A stretch of DNA of 64,000 nucleotides. It comes from an uncultured Chloroflexia bacterium. GTDB lineage: Bacteria > Chloroflexota > Chloroflexia > QHBQ01 > JADMIH01. Shown here piece by piece: positions 26,633 through 37,419 of this stretch. The position numbers and the translations under genes were made by a program. Numbering within the stretch: position 1 is the stretch's first letter; each line of letters opens with the position of its first letter. The DNA is taken from assembly GCA_963797095.1 (NCBI GenBank), contig CAWCNY010000002.1, positions 256,001-320,000 on the forward strand, written 5' to 3'. The notes under the pieces were generated by a model. That model had not been told where the DNA came from. It searched no databases and saw nothing but the letters and a program-made list of their open reading frames with translations.

Positions 26633-27496
26633 TTACGCGAGGACCTCGCGAAACTGGCGCAGCATATCTATGTGGGCTGTCGCGCCTCGCAGGCCGAGGC
26701 CCATAGTATTGACCGCCGCGTGGGTGGCTCCCAGCTTGCGCCAGCCCTCGACTTGCGCGTGCCACTCGTCGGGCGTCTGGTCGCGCAGGCCGAAGCGGGC
26801 CTCAATGCCCACCGAGCCGGGGTCGCGCCCGGCCTGCACCGTGTACTCTCGCAGCTTATCCAGCGTTTCCCTGGCCCTGTCTGTGGGCTGCATCTGCGGG
26901 AACCACCCATCACCTATCCGCCCTATACGCTCCAGCACCGCCTCCGCCGTGCCCCCTATCCACACCGGGATCGGCCTCTGCACGGGTAGCGGGCTGATCC
27001 CCGCCTCCGGCACTGTGTGCCAGCGCCCTTTGAAGTCCACCGCCTGCTCGGTCCACAGCTTGCGCATAACCTCGATCTGCTCCTCGATGCGCTTGCCCCG
27101 GTTGTGGAAGTTCTCGCCAAGCGCCTCGTACTCCACCTCGTTCCAGCCTATGCCAACCCCCAGGCGCAGACGCCCGCCGCTCAATACGTCGATCTCGGCG
27201 GCTTGCTTGGCGACAAGGGCGGTCTGCCGCTGGGGCAGGATCAGCACTCCCGTCACAAGCTCTACTTTCTGAGTGATAGCTGCCAGGTAGCCGAACAGCA
27301 CCAGCACCTCATGAAACATGCTCTCGCTGTTGTACGGCCCCCTCCAATCGGGCCGGTGCTTCGTGTCCGCGCCCAGTACGTGGTCGTAGGCCAGGATATG
27401 CGTAAAGCCCATCTCCTCGACGGCCTGCGCGTAGTCGCGCACCCCCGCAGGGTCGGCTCCTATTTCGGTTTGTGGAAAGACTGCACCTATTTTCAC
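26633..27496 (-). CDS. LLM-class F420-dependent oxidoreductase
   Basis: AYDHV, LILPQRQTALVAKQAAEID, GVGIGWNEVEY; AGGAG RBS before GTG. Confidence 0.9.
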   Translation of the reverse strand: MKIGAVFPQTEIGADPAGVRDYAQAVEEMGFTHILAYDHVLGADTKHRPDWRGPYNSESMFHEVLVLFGYLAAITQKVELVTGVLILPQRQTALVAKQAAEIDVLSGGRLRLGVGIGWNEVEYEALGENFHNRGKRIEEQIEVMRKLWTEQAVDFKGRWHTVPEAGISPLPVQRPIPVWIGGTAEAVLERIGRIGDGWFPQMQPTDRARETLDKLREYTVQAGRDPGSVGIEARFGLRDQTPDEWHAQVEGWRKLGATHAAVNTMGLGLRGATAHIDMLRQFREVLA

Positions 27497-27560
27497 TGTT
27501 GTACTCCTGTGTTGCTTCTTCTTATGTGCTTTTGTTTTCGTGTTTCGATTTATCTTTCTG

Positions 27561-29045
27561 TTACACAGCTTGAGATCCCCCAACCAGCACCAGACCTTCG
27601 CGAGCCGGGATAGCTACATTGGATAGTTTGCTTTCGTTTGTTGTGTATTCACCTCCTATTTCGCTCGTTGTCCAGGCCGCGCCCAAGCTGATGCCGTTCG
27701 CGACGCTCACCGGCAGGGGCAGGTCCACGCTCACAGGCTCTTTGTTGGTGTTGAATGCAGCTATCATGGTCTGCCCACCCAGCACTCGCAAGAAAGCGTA
27801 CACACCATCCTGCCCGTAGAGCGACGTAAAGCTGCCCGTTCGCAGGGCGGGGTACTGGTGCCGCAGGTCGATGGCGCGCCGGAAGTAGCCCAGCAGGTCG
27901 GTGTCCCACTCGCCCTCGTTGTCCCAGGGGAAGGCACCTCTGCACCCAGGATCGGGGCCGCCGCTCATGCCGATCTCGCTGCCGTAATAAACGTTGGGCG
28001 CGCCGGGCATGGTCATTTGCAATAGCGTGCAGAGCTTCAGCGCACTTATGTCTCCGCCCATGTGCCAGAGGGCGCGGGGAGTGTCGTGGCTGTCGATCAT
28101 GTTCAACTGGGCCAGGTTGATCTGCCAGTCGTACATGGCGAGCAGCCTGTCGATGCCTTCGCGTACCTGCTCGGCGGTGAGGGGCAGGTGGGGCGCGTCA
28201 TCCAATATGACTCTGGTGTTGATCGTTTCCGCGCCGCAGAACCCCATCGCCAGCCGCGCGAATATATAATTCATCACGCCGTCGAATTGGTCGCCTTGCA
28301 GCCAGCGCTGGGCGGGCCTCCACACTTCGCCCACTATGTAGGCGTCGGAGCGGGTGCCCTTGACCACGCGCCTGAACTCCTGCCAGAAGCTGTCGTCGTC
28401 TATCTCGAAAGGCACATCGAGCCGCCAGCCGTCTATGCCGAACTCCAGCCAGTATTTCGCCACCGACATAATGAAGTCGCGCACGCCGGGGTTGTTGGTG
28501 TTGAACTTGGGGAGAGCGGGCAGATCGATCCACGCCTCGTAGTTCAGCGGGTGCTCGGCGGTTTCGCGGTAAGGGCGCAAGGGCCAACCGTGGATGATAA
28601 ACCAATCTATGTAGGGCGAGTTGCCCCCGTTCTCAAGGATGTGGTGGAACTGCCAGAAGCCCCGGCTGGCGTGGTTGAACACCCCATCGAGCACCACCCT
28701 GATGTCGAGGGCATGCGCTTTGTCAAGCAGGTCGCGCAGGGCGTCGTTGCCGCCCAGCAGGGGGTCCACCTGGAAGTAGTCGAAGGTGTGGTAGCGGTGG
28801 TTGGAGGCCGAGGCGAAGATCGGGTTGAGGTAGATGGCGGTGATGCCCAGGTCTTTCAGGTAGTCGAGGTGATCGGCCACGCCGTACAGGTCGCCGCCCT
28901 GGTAGCCCTGCTCCTCGGGAGGGCTGCCCCATGCCTTGAACTGGATGCCACGTGGGTGTTTGGTGCGCGGGCTGCGAGCGAAGCGATCCGGAAATATCTG
29001 GTAGAATACCGCGTTCTTTACCCAATCGGGAGTCTCGATTGCCAT
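27561..29045 (-). CDS. GH13 glycoside hydrolase (neopullulanase/cyclomaltodextrinase-like)
   Basis: YQIFPDRF, DGVFNH, GWRLDV, GEVW and SHD conserved regions. Confidence 0.93.
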   Translation of the reverse strand: MAIETPDWVKNAVFYQIFPDRFARSPRTKHPRGIQFKAWGSPPEEQGYQGGDLYGVADHLDYLKDLGITAIYLNPIFASASNHRYHTFDYFQVDPLLGGNDALRDLLDKAHALDIRVVLDGVFNHASRGFWQFHHILENGGNSPYIDWFIIHGWPLRPYRETAEHPLNYEAWIDLPALPKFNTNNPGVRDFIMSVAKYWLEFGIDGWRLDVPFEIDDDSFWQEFRRVVKGTRSDAYIVGEVWRPAQRWLQGDQFDGVMNYIFARLAMGFCGAETINTRVILDDAPHLPLTAEQVREGIDRLLAMYDWQINLAQLNMIDSHDTPRALWHMGGDISALKLCTLLQMTMPGAPNVYYGSEIGMSGGPDPGCRGAFPWDNEGEWDTDLLGYFRRAIDLRHQYPALRTGSFTSLYGQDGVYAFLRVLGGQTMIAAFNTNKEPVSVDLPLPVSVANGISLGAAWTTSEIGGEYTTNESKLSNVAIPAREGLVLVGGSQAV

Positions 29046-29249
29046 GCCGGGGATTCCTCCACCTCGATGTTAGTCTGTCCAGTATAGCGGGGAATGTGGG
29101 ATGATGCACATCTGGGGTACTCTCGACTTTTGGATGCGTAAGCTTGGGTTAATGTTGTACACTGGCACAGAAATTGGAGAGAATTCTTAGCTATGATTTT
29201 ATAGTTTAGCCCTTCCGGATTTGTTCTCTTCTGATTTGGAGGTAATTCA

Positions 29250-30890
29250 ATGCCAACACCCACAACCACACCCGATCCCACCCAACTGCCCGCCTGGCAG
29301 GCTCTTGCATCGCACTACGACGCTATCAAAGATGTGACACTAAGATACCTGTTCTCCGAGGACCCGCACCGCGGCGAGCACCTGACTGCTGAGGCTGCGG
29401 GTCTCTACCTCGATTACTCCAAGCACCGCGTCACCGATGAGACTTTGCGCCTGCTGTTGCAACTGGCCGAAGAGTCGGGTCTACAGGAGCAGATCGCGGC
29501 CATGTTCCGGGGCGACAAGGTCAACACCACCGAGGACCGCGCCGTGCTGCACACCGCCTTGCGCGCACCCCGCGACGCCACTACCATGGTGGACGGTGAG
29601 AACGTAGTGCCCGAAGTGCATGCCGTGCTCGACCGCATGGATGCCTTCGCCAACTCGGTGCGCGACGGTAGTTGGAAAGGCCACACAGACAAGCCCATTC
29701 GCAACGTGATTAACATCGGCATAGGAGGGTCGGACCTCGGCCCCGTCATGGCCTACGAGGCCCTTCGCTACTATAGCCGGCGCGATATGACCTTCCGCTT
29801 CGTGTCCAACATCGACCCGACCGACTTCGTGGAGGCCACCCGCGACCTCGACCCTGAAGAGACCCTTTTCATCATCGCCTCCAAGACCTTCACCACCCTG
29901 GAAACCATGACCAATGCGCAGGCCGCCCGCGCCTGGACTCTGGAGAAGCTGCACGACGAAAGCGCGATAGCGCACCATTTCGTGGCGGTCTCCACCAACG
30001 CCGAGGAAGTAACCAAATTCGGCATAGATACCGCCAACATGTTCGAGTTCTGGGACTGGGTGGGTGGCCGCTACTCAATGGACGCGGCTATCGGCCTCTC
30101 GACCGTGATAGCCATCGGGCCGGACAACTGGCGCGATCTCCTCACGGGCTTCCACGCCATGGACGAGCACTTCCGCACAACGGCGCTCGAAAGCAACCTG
30201 CCCGTGCTGATGGGCCTGCTCAGCATCTGGTACAACGACTTCTTCGGCGCGCAGACAGTGGCCGTTCTCCCCTACGACCAGTACCTCAAGCAATTCCCGG
30301 CGTACCTGCAACAACTGACGATGGAGAGCAACGGCAAATCGGTCACTCGCGACGGGCGCCCCGTGACGTACGAGACCGGGCCGATCTACTGGGGCGAGCC
30401 TGGCACCAACGGCCAGCACTCGTTTTACCAGCTGATCCACCAGGGCACCAAGCTGATCCCATGCGACTTCATCGGCTTCTGCCAGCCTCTCAACCCGCTC
30501 GACAGCCAGCACGAGATGTTGATGGCTAACCTGTTCGCCCAATCCGAGGCGCTGGCTTTTGGCAAGTTGGCGGCGGAGGTACGGGCGGAAGGCGTCGCGG
30601 AAGAGTTGGTGTCGGCCCGCACCTTCCCAGGCAACCGCCCATCAAGCACGATCCTGGCCGACCGCCTGACGCCGCAGACCCTGGGCGCGCTAATTGCCCT
30701 CTACGAGCACAGCGTGTTCACTCAAGGCGCTATCTGGCAGATCAACTCGTTCGACCAGTGGGGCGTAGAGCTAGGCAAGGTGCTTGCCAGGCGCATCATC
30801 CCAGAACTGACCGCCCCCGACGACCCCTCCCTGCAGCACGATAGCTCCACCAACGCCCTGATCCGCCGCTACCGCCAGCACAAAGGATAA
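29250..30890 (+). CDS. pgi: Glucose-6-phosphate isomerase
   Basis: [30 protein letters not shown] and DQWGVELGK motifs. Confidence 0.98.
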   Translation: MPTPTTTPDPTQLPAWQALASHYDAIKDVTLRYLFSEDPHRGEHLTAEAAGLYLDYSKHRVTDETLRLLLQLAEESGLQEQIAAMFRGDKVNTTEDRAVLHTALRAPRDATTMVDGENVVPEVHAVLDRMDAFANSVRDGSWKGHTDKPIRNVINIGIGGSDLGPVMAYEALRYYSRRDMTFRFVSNIDPTDFVEATRDLDPEETLFIIASKTFTTLETMTNAQAARAWTLEKLHDESAIAHHFVAVSTNAEEVTKFGIDTANMFEFWDWVGGRYSMDAAIGLSTVIAIGPDNWRDLLTGFHAMDEHFRTTALESNLPVLMGLLSIWYNDFFGAQTVAVLPYDQYLKQFPAYLQQLTMESNGKSVTRDGRPVTYETGPIYWGEPGTNGQHSFYQLIHQGTKLIPCDFIGFCQPLNPLDSQHEMLMANLFAQSEALAFGKLAAEVRAEGVAEELVSARTFPGNRPSSTILADRLTPQTLGALIALYEHSVFTQGAIWQINSFDQWGVELGKVLARRIIPELTAPDDPSLQHDSSTNALIRRYRQHKG

Positions 30891-30992
30891 CCGCAAAGGG
30901 AACAATTCTCCCTCTACGCCCGACAATCTAACGATCGACTGTTCCTTAAGAGAGCCAAAGGTCAGCGCCAGAGCACTAACCAGGGCTTTGTC

Positions 30993-31012
30993 ATCCTTCG
31001 CTCAGGATGGCA
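30993..31012. repeat. Dispersed REP-like 20-mer (inverse copy at 54157-54176)
   Basis: ATCCTTCGCTCAGGATGGCA is the exact reverse complement of TGCCATCCTGAGCGAAGGAT. Confidence 0.6.
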
Positions 31013-31054
31013 CAGGTATATAGCGTTCGTAACAGGCAACCAGGAACCCCCGCC

Positions 31055-32791
31055 TTACGAAGCAACCTCAGCCTGCGGGGCTTCTGCCCTGTGGCCGCGC
31101 CTTTGCTCAGCCAGGAAGTAGCTGCCTATCACGAAGGTGCCTGCCAGCGCCTGCAACACAATCCCTTCCCACGTGGGGTACAGGCCGAACCACAGCCCCG
31201 CCCAGTAGGGCATCTCGGCCAGCGCCTGGATCGGGTGGGTCGGCAGCCACCCTACGATCTGGAGCACGTGCACAGTATTCCCAACCATGATCAGCAGGAC
31301 CCCCCCGATCATTATCCCCGTAGCCACCAACATCTTCTTATAAGGCAGCTTGGCCTGTAGCGCCAGCACCACCACGCCTATCGCGAGCGTGCCCGCCAGC
31401 CCCACCGAAAGCCCCACCAGCACCGCGCCCACCCCCGCCTCAAGCACCAGCGCCTGCAAAAATAGCACCGACTCGAACCCCTCGCGATAGATGCTTGTGA
31501 AGCCGAGCAGCGCGAATCCGATCACCTGCGCCGCGTCCCCGCTGATCCCCGCGCCCATGAGCCGCTTCTTCCTACTGTGGAAGTTGGCGATCCAGCCCGT
31601 CCAGTAGGCGTTGTGGAAGAACCAGTTGGTGATCAGCAGCAGCACCCCGATAGCGATCAGCGACACTACAGCTTCCAGGGTCACGCCCAGGAAGGCGAAC
31701 GCGCCCAATATCCCCTGCGCCAGCACCCACGTGATCGCCGATGCCCCGAAGGCCCCAGCCGCGCCCCACGAAAGCGGTCCCCTGAATCGCCTGTTAGGAC
31801 CGTTCTTCAGGCTGCCAAGCAGCGATGCCAGGATCAGCACTGCCTCCAACCCCTCCCGAAAGACGATGATGCCCGCGTTGGTCGCCACCGCCGCCGCCGC
31901 GCTGCTCCCCTGGAGTGCCTCCTCCGCCTCATCGAGCTTCTGCCGTAGCTCGGTGCGCGTGGCCTGCACCTCCGATAGCGGCGCATGCGTCTGGATCAAA
32001 TATGCCAGCCCCCTGGGCTCCCCCTGCCCGTACCAGAATAGGCTCTCCAGCGGGATTATCAGGTGCCCGGCAAATGCCGCCATGTTGGCCTCAGGCCCGA
32101 ACTCCAGCGCCGAGTACGCCGACAGCCTGAGCAATTCGGCCTTGTCGTACTGCCCCGCCGCCACCGCCTCCTCCAACTGGTCGAGCAGCGACCTTATCTC
32201 GTCGAAGCCCGAAGGTTGGTTGGACTGTAGCCATGCCGCAGGCGCAACCTGGTCGAATCGCGCCACGATCCCGTTGGTACGCGCTTTGATAGTGCCGACC
32301 GCCACCACTTCCTTTTGCGAGGCGGCATCGGCCAATTGGCTATCCAGGCCCGCCAGCATTTGATCAAGCTCGGCTGCGCCATCAGGGTTGGCGGCTTGCA
32401 GGCCCGACCTCAACCTGTCGAAGGCCGCTACAGCCTCCTGGTACAGACTCCGCGCCTTCTCCATCTCGGCAGGGCGTATAACACGAAGCCTCTGCCCTCC
32501 GATGCCGCTGCTGATACTCTTCTCATATTGCTCAGGTATCAAAGCCAGCGTCGAGCGAAACTGCCGCGCATCCCGTCCAGGGTCCGCGCTATCGGTCGTG
32601 CCCGTACCCGTCCCGCTATTGACAGCAGCAGCCGTAGGAGTAGCCTGAAGACTGGAATTACTCGGGGTCGCCTGAGAAGCAGGCGGAGGAGGTGGCGCGG
32701 GCAATAAATCGCAAGCCGCAAGCAAGGCCGCGATCACAGGCAAAATCAATATCAGAGGCAGGAAGCGCCGAATAGCGTATGCTCTAAACAT
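31055..32791 (-). CDS. FTR1-family iron permease with N-terminal lipoprotein/helical domain
   Basis: LLAAC lipobox; two RExxE motifs (FREGLE, YREGFE); multi-TM C-terminus. Confidence 0.9.
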   Translation of the reverse strand: MFRAYAIRRFLPLILILPVIAALLAACDLLPAPPPPPASQATPSNSSLQATPTAAAVNSGTGTGTTDSADPGRDARQFRSTLALIPEQYEKSISSGIGGQRLRVIRPAEMEKARSLYQEAVAAFDRLRSGLQAANPDGAAELDQMLAGLDSQLADAASQKEVVAVGTIKARTNGIVARFDQVAPAAWLQSNQPSGFDEIRSLLDQLEEAVAAGQYDKAELLRLSAYSALEFGPEANMAAFAGHLIIPLESLFWYGQGEPRGLAYLIQTHAPLSEVQATRTELRQKLDEAEEALQGSSAAAAVATNAGIIVFREGLEAVLILASLLGSLKNGPNRRFRGPLSWGAAGAFGASAITWVLAQGILGAFAFLGVTLEAVVSLIAIGVLLLITNWFFHNAYWTGWIANFHSRKKRLMGAGISGDAAQVIGFALLGFTSIYREGFESVLFLQALVLEAGVGAVLVGLSVGLAGTLAIGVVVLALQAKLPYKKMLVATGIMIGGVLLIMVGNTVHVLQIVGWLPTHPIQALAEMPYWAGLWFGLYPTWEGIVLQALAGTFVIGSYFLAEQRRGHRAEAPQAEVAS

Positions 32792-32798
32792 CGGACGG

Positions 32799-32813
32799 CT
32801 TAATGATTATCAA
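32799..32813 (-). promoter_or_regulatory. Fur-box-like site
   Basis: Minus strand TTGATAATCATTAAG just upstream of the iron permease ATG. Confidence 0.45.
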
Positions 32814-32923
32814 AGACCCGCCCACAGTCAAGGTGTCAGGAGCATTTTTGAGCGAATGTTAATCTTGCGAGTAGTCGGTAGTCGGTAGTCGGTAGTCAGG
32901 AACCAGGAACTTGGAACTTGGAA

Positions 32924-33168
32924 CAGATCGTTCGCTCATTTTCCAGGTGGTTCTGAGAATTGCCGAAGCACTACATCTAGTGTTCGACATCATCAACTCA
33001 CTAAATGGAGGTCAGCCATCGAATGTGTTTCTCAGACCTCGAGGCCCCAACCCTTGTGGCAAGGGCCTAAACCGGTCTTTGGAGCCCAATTCGGCCACTT
33101 ATCAAACCGAGAGGCTTATGCTAAGCGTGCAATTTCTCCAATTAGCCCAAAAATGAGCGAACGATCTG
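32924..33168. mobile_element. MITE (245 bp)
   Basis: Perfect 19-bp TIR CAGATCGTTCGCTCATTTT / AAAATGAGCGAACGATCTG; TTGGAA duplicated at 32918-32923 and 33169-33174. Confidence 0.88.
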
Positions 33169-33230
33169 TTGGAACTTCCGGCTACCGGCTACCAGCTACC
33201 GACTACCGGCTACCGGCTACCGGCTACCGG

Positions 33231-34499
33231 CTACTCATGCCTCAACGCCGCCAAAGGATCAAGCCGCGCCGCCCTGAACGCCGGGTACAGCCCCGCGAGT
33301 ATACCCACCAGCGTCGCGAACGCCAGCGCCGCCAGTACCAACTCAGGCGTCACCACGAAGAAAGGCGCGTCAATGGGCACTGACTGGCTCTTGAGATAGT
33401 TGTCGATGAGCACGTTCAGCACAAGCCCCAGTATCCACCCCAGCACCACGCCCACGATCCCGCCCAGCAGGCCGATCATCCCCGCCTCCATCATGAACAT
33501 CCTCAGCACGTCGCCATTTGACGACCCCAGCGCCTTCAATATGCCGATCTCCCGCGTCCGCTCGTAGATCGCCATGATCATCGTATTCACGATCCCGATC
33601 GATGCCACCAGCAGCGCAAGCAACCCTATTGACGACAACATCACTTCCAGGATCGAAAAGATGCGGTTTACCTGGTCGAGGAAGGTTTGCAGGGTGGCCG
33701 AGCTAAACCCCATCGTATCCTCGATCTGGTGCGATACCTGCGTGGCAGAATTCAGCGAATCTGTGTGTACCACCGCCGCCGAATAACCATCCGACTCCAG
33801 GATCGTGGGGTCGTTGTACCACCACTCTTTCACCGCCAGTTTATCGGCGTTGCCCAGGTCCACCGACCCCGACCCATCCAGCACCCCCGCTATCGTGGTG
33901 GGGAAGGTCTGCTTGTCCCCCCTCGGTGCCGTCACGGTGAGGGTGGCCGCCTGCCCCACCAGCCCCGCGAACTGGTCCTGGCTGTAGCCCGCGCCCTGCA
34001 AAAGCCTCCTGTTGAGCACGATCCCATGCGCATCGGGCGTATCCTCAAGCTCCTTGCCCGCCAGCACGACGGTGGCATTGTTGAACAGCCGGGCCTGTGG
34101 GTTGGTTTCGCGTATCGCTACAGGAAAGGTCTTATCCCCAACGGTCAGGGTCATCTCAGGCACCGCCGGCAGCGTCAGTTGCACCTCGACCGAGATCACC
34201 CCCGACAGTTTCGCCATCTGGTCTACGGCCTCGTTGTTGAGCGGCTTTTCGGGCCGCTGCCGGGCGTATGGGTTGTACGCGCCCGCCGGCTGGGATTGAT
34301 AGTTGGGCGTGACGAATACCGTTTGCAGGCCGAGCTGCTTGATGGTGTCGGTCACCTGCTTCTGTATGCCGATGCCGAGCGACACCATCGTTATAATCGT
34401 GATGATCCCCACGAACACCCCGATGGATGTCAGCACGGTTCGCACCTTGCGCCGCCCCAGGTTCTGCGTGGCCGTCAAAAGTGTATCAGACAGTTTCAT
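33231..34499 (-). CDS. ABC transporter permease (MacB/FtsX/LolC-E type)
   Basis: [22 protein letters not shown] and [11 protein letters not shown] motifs. Confidence 0.93.
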   Translation of the reverse strand: MKLSDTLLTATQNLGRRKVRTVLTSIGVFVGIITIITMVSLGIGIQKQVTDTIKQLGLQTVFVTPNYQSQPAGAYNPYARQRPEKPLNNEAVDQMAKLSGVISVEVQLTLPAVPEMTLTVGDKTFPVAIRETNPQARLFNNATVVLAGKELEDTPDAHGIVLNRRLLQGAGYSQDQFAGLVGQAATLTVTAPRGDKQTFPTTIAGVLDGSGSVDLGNADKLAVKEWWYNDPTILESDGYSAAVVHTDSLNSATQVSHQIEDTMGFSSATLQTFLDQVNRIFSILEVMLSSIGLLALLVASIGIVNTMIMAIYERTREIGILKALGSSNGDVLRMFMMEAGMIGLLGGIVGVVLGWILGLVLNVLIDNYLKSQSVPIDAPFFVVTPELVLAALAFATLVGILAGLYPAFRAARLDPLAALRHE

Positions 34500-35187
34500 G
34501 TTCTTCTATCGCCACTATCTTCCCATCGCGCAGCCGCACCAGCCGGTCGCCGTATTCCGCCACCATCATATCGTGCGTCACTATAATCAACGTGAGGCCG
34601 CCCGCGTTCAACTCGCGCAACAGTCCCATCACTTCAGTGCCCGTGACGCTGTCGAGGTTCCCGGTCGGCTCGTCGGCCAGCAAGATCGAGGGGTGGTTCG
34701 CCAGCGACCGCGCTATTGCCACCCTCTGCTGCTCGCCGCCCGAAAGCTGGTTGGGCCTGTGATCGGTGCGCGCACCCAACCCCACCTGCTTCAATAGCTC
34801 GCGCGCCTGTTCGCGCCGCTCGCTTCGCGCCATCTCCGACACCATCAGCGGCACTTCCACGTTCTCGAGGGCGGTCCTGTGGGGCAGCAGATTGAAGCTC
34901 TGGAACACAAACCCGATCCGCTCGCGCCTGTGCGCCACTAACCTCTTGGCCGACGCCTTCGCGATATCCTCGCCGTCCACCCAGATCTCGCCACTGGTCG
35001 GCCTGTCCAACCCGCCGAGCAAATTGAGCAGAGTAGACTTTCCCGACCCCGAAGGCCCCACCAGCGATATAGCTTCCCCGCGTGCGATCTCCAGGTCAAC
35101 CCCGGCCACAGCCGCCACAGAAGTAGGCCCCACCCTGTAGTTTCGGGTGAGGCCCACAAGCTTGATTATCGGTTGCTCAACCATCAT
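34486..35187 (-). CDS. ABC transporter ATP-binding protein (LolD/MacB type)
   Basis: [16 protein letters not shown] and ADEPTGNLD motifs. Confidence 0.95.
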   Translation of the reverse strand: MMVEQPIIKLVGLTRNYRVGPTSVAAVAGVDLEIARGEAISLVGPSGSGKSTLLNLLGGLDRPTSGEIWVDGEDIAKASAKRLVAHRRERIGFVFQSFNLLPHRTALENVEVPLMVSEMARSERREQARELLKQVGLGARTDHRPNQLSGGEQQRVAIARSLANHPSILLADEPTGNLDSVTGTEVMGLLRELNAGGLTLIIVTHDMMVAEYGDRLVRLRDGKIVAIEEHETV

Positions 35188-35270
35188 TTCAATTTTAGAT
35201 TTTAGATTTTGGATTACGGATTTATTTGGGCTTGGTAGCAATCCGAAATCTAAAATCTAAAATCCGCGAT

Positions 35271-36599
35271 CTATTTCAGTCCTTCCGCGATCTTGGTGGC
35301 TTCGTCGAGCGTCAGCTTGCCGTGGAGCACCACGTACACGCCGCTGTCCTTCTCCTGCCACATCAGCGATGTCCACCCTCCGCCATCGGGCGAGAATGCC
35401 TTGCCCGGCACGCCCCGTATAGTCACGTCCTTGAGCGCGTCAGGCGCGTTCACCCCGCTGAACCCATCGCCCAGGCCCATCATCTGGCTCATCATGTCCT
35501 GGTTGCTGCCCATCATGCCCGCTGCCCTTCCCAGGTGCGCTTCCATGATAGTGAAGTCAAGGTCCTTCGAGGAATAGCTCAACTGCACACCCCCGCCCAT
35601 CGCCTTCTGCATCTGGGTCACGCCAACCAGGGTCGCGCCATCGGGCACATACGAAGGCTCAAGCAGCGTCCACCCCTGGCCCTTGGCGTAGTCGCGGGCG
35701 TCCGGCAGAGTGGTCTGCTTGGGCTGCGCCTGGTCTGCCTTCTCATCCAGGTCCACCGTCTTGGCTCCTGCGGGCACCTGCAACACGAAGGTCCCCTGGT
35801 CAAATGTCTTGTTCAACTCCACCCCACTGGCCGTGTAAGTAAAGCTGCCGATGTTCGGGTGTTCCAGCGTCATCTTGACCGGTATCCAGTTGTTCTGGTC
35901 GACCCACAGCGTCGCGTGCAGGTCCTTGATCAGCACCCCCGCCTCCATCGCATATGTCTGCGGAATGCCAAGCAGCGTGGCGGCGTCCGGCTTGGGCGTC
36001 ACATCCAGCTTGTATGTATCGACATCCGACACCTTCTCGCTGCCCGACAGCTTGATGTCCGAAGCCGAGATCACCTTGTCGATCTCGCTCTCCATGTCGA
36101 TCCCGGCCATCATGGTCTTGATCTCGTCGGGAACCTTGTCCGCGAACTTGCTCGGCGTGGCTGTATAAACAGTGTTGTTGGCCGCATCCAGCGCGTACAC
36201 CTTCTGCCCGTCGTAAACGAGGATCGCGCCCTTAGCGCCCGGTATGCTGGCGCTGTCCACCTCCACGCGCGCCTTGTCGGGCGTCTCTCGCCAGTACTTC
36301 AGCGTCACATTGACCGAATCAGGCAGCTTGGCAAGCGGGTCCTTGCTGTTGCTCTGCGACGATTGCGAGGTGGGCATAATCCCAGCCAGCAGCGTCCTGA
36401 TCCCGTCCTTATTGATAGTGAGCGCCAGGTCAACCGTGCCCTGCACGCTGGTAACATTCTTCATAGCGTCGCGCACGTTCTGCACGACCTGATCGGCGGT
36501 AACGTTCTGCGCGCCCAGGCCTGCGCCTGTGCAGGATGCCAGCAGTGGCGAGAGTGCCAGTGCCAGCGCGACCGGCGCGAATAGCCGTGTTCGTTTCAT
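35271..36599 (-). CDS. LolA-fold lipoprotein with C-terminal DUF4367-like domain
   Basis: LLASC lipobox; 'PDKARVE', 'VYDGQKVY', 'LWVD', 'F...VPAGAK', 'PSYVPDG'. Confidence 0.8.
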   Translation of the reverse strand: MKRTRLFAPVALALALSPLLASCTGAGLGAQNVTADQVVQNVRDAMKNVTSVQGTVDLALTINKDGIRTLLAGIMPTSQSSQSNSKDPLAKLPDSVNVTLKYWRETPDKARVEVDSASIPGAKGAILVYDGQKVYALDAANNTVYTATPSKFADKVPDEIKTMMAGIDMESEIDKVISASDIKLSGSEKVSDVDTYKLDVTPKPDAATLLGIPQTYAMEAGVLIKDLHATLWVDQNNWIPVKMTLEHPNIGSFTYTASGVELNKTFDQGTFVLQVPAGAKTVDLDEKADQAQPKQTTLPDARDYAKGQGWTLLEPSYVPDGATLVGVTQMQKAMGGGVQLSYSSKDLDFTIMEAHLGRAAGMMGSNQDMMSQMMGLGDGFSGVNAPDALKDVTIRGVPGKAFSPDGGGWTSLMWQEKDSGVYVVLHGKLTLDEATKIAEGLK

Positions 36600-36859
36600 A
36601 CTATCACCCCTTCTCTTTCCTGTGTGGGAGCCGCGTTGTTATCTCTTTTATGTTATACGTACCACAAGTCAACAAGGATACACAAATCTCAAAATATCCT
36701 CCTTCATCCTAACACCTGATCTCCCTTTATGTCCAGCACTTGAGTGCCAACTTTTAGCCATTCGCAGACAACATAACCTGCATAGCTCGACCCAACACCC
36801 CAGATCCTATAGAATAGTACCCGCGTTCGCCTCATTCACAACAGAACGGAGCTATATTA

Positions 36860-37378
36860 ATGACTGCTACAGACCAGGCCCTAGAATCCAACGAACAATA
36901 TGCAAAGAACTTCACCTCAAGCGACTTGCACGCGCCCCCTGCCCGCAAGCTCGCAATAGTGACCTGCATGGACGCACGCCTCATGCCCGATCAAATCCTC
37001 GGCCTGGGCATAGGCGATGCCCACATCATCCGCAACGCGGGCGGGATCGTGACCGAAGATGCCCTGCGCTCCCTGGTGATCTCCCATCACCTTCTCGGCG
37101 CGCAGGAGTTCATCATCATCAACCACACCGACTGCGGACTGCTCGCCTTCAAAGACGAAGACCTCCGCGAAAAGTTGGAGAGCGAGACAGGCGTATCCAC
37201 TGTATCCCCCGTGACCTTCCACACCTTCGACGACCTGGAGTCCAACGTGCGCCGCCAGGTCCAAAAGGTGCAATCGCACCCCTGGATCCCCGACTCCGTC
37301 TCGGTGCGCGGCTTCATCTACGACGTAGAGACTGGCAGGCTAGCAGAAGTGCCGTCCGATCCTCAGAAGAACGACTAA
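36860..37378 (+). CDS. Beta-class carbonic anhydrase
   Basis: CMDAR, RNAGG and HTDCG motifs. Confidence 0.93.
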   Translation: MTATDQALESNEQYAKNFTSSDLHAPPARKLAIVTCMDARLMPDQILGLGIGDAHIIRNAGGIVTEDALRSLVISHHLLGAQEFIIINHTDCGLLAFKDEDLREKLESETGVSTVSPVTFHTFDDLESNVRRQVQKVQSHPWIPDSVSVRGFIYDVETGRLAEVPSDPQKND

Positions 37379-37419
37379 AGCGCGTTCAGTAAGCGTTCAG
37401 ACTTGTGGTCAAAGACTTT

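Noticed and set aside
32921-32933. GAACAGATCGTTC as a LexA box
   Set aside because: The spacer is 5 nt rather than 4, and the site is explained by the MITE TSD/TIR junction.
32969-32982. CACTACATCTAGTG-like NrdR box
   Set aside because: Single copy inside a MITE with no ribonucleotide reductase gene nearby.
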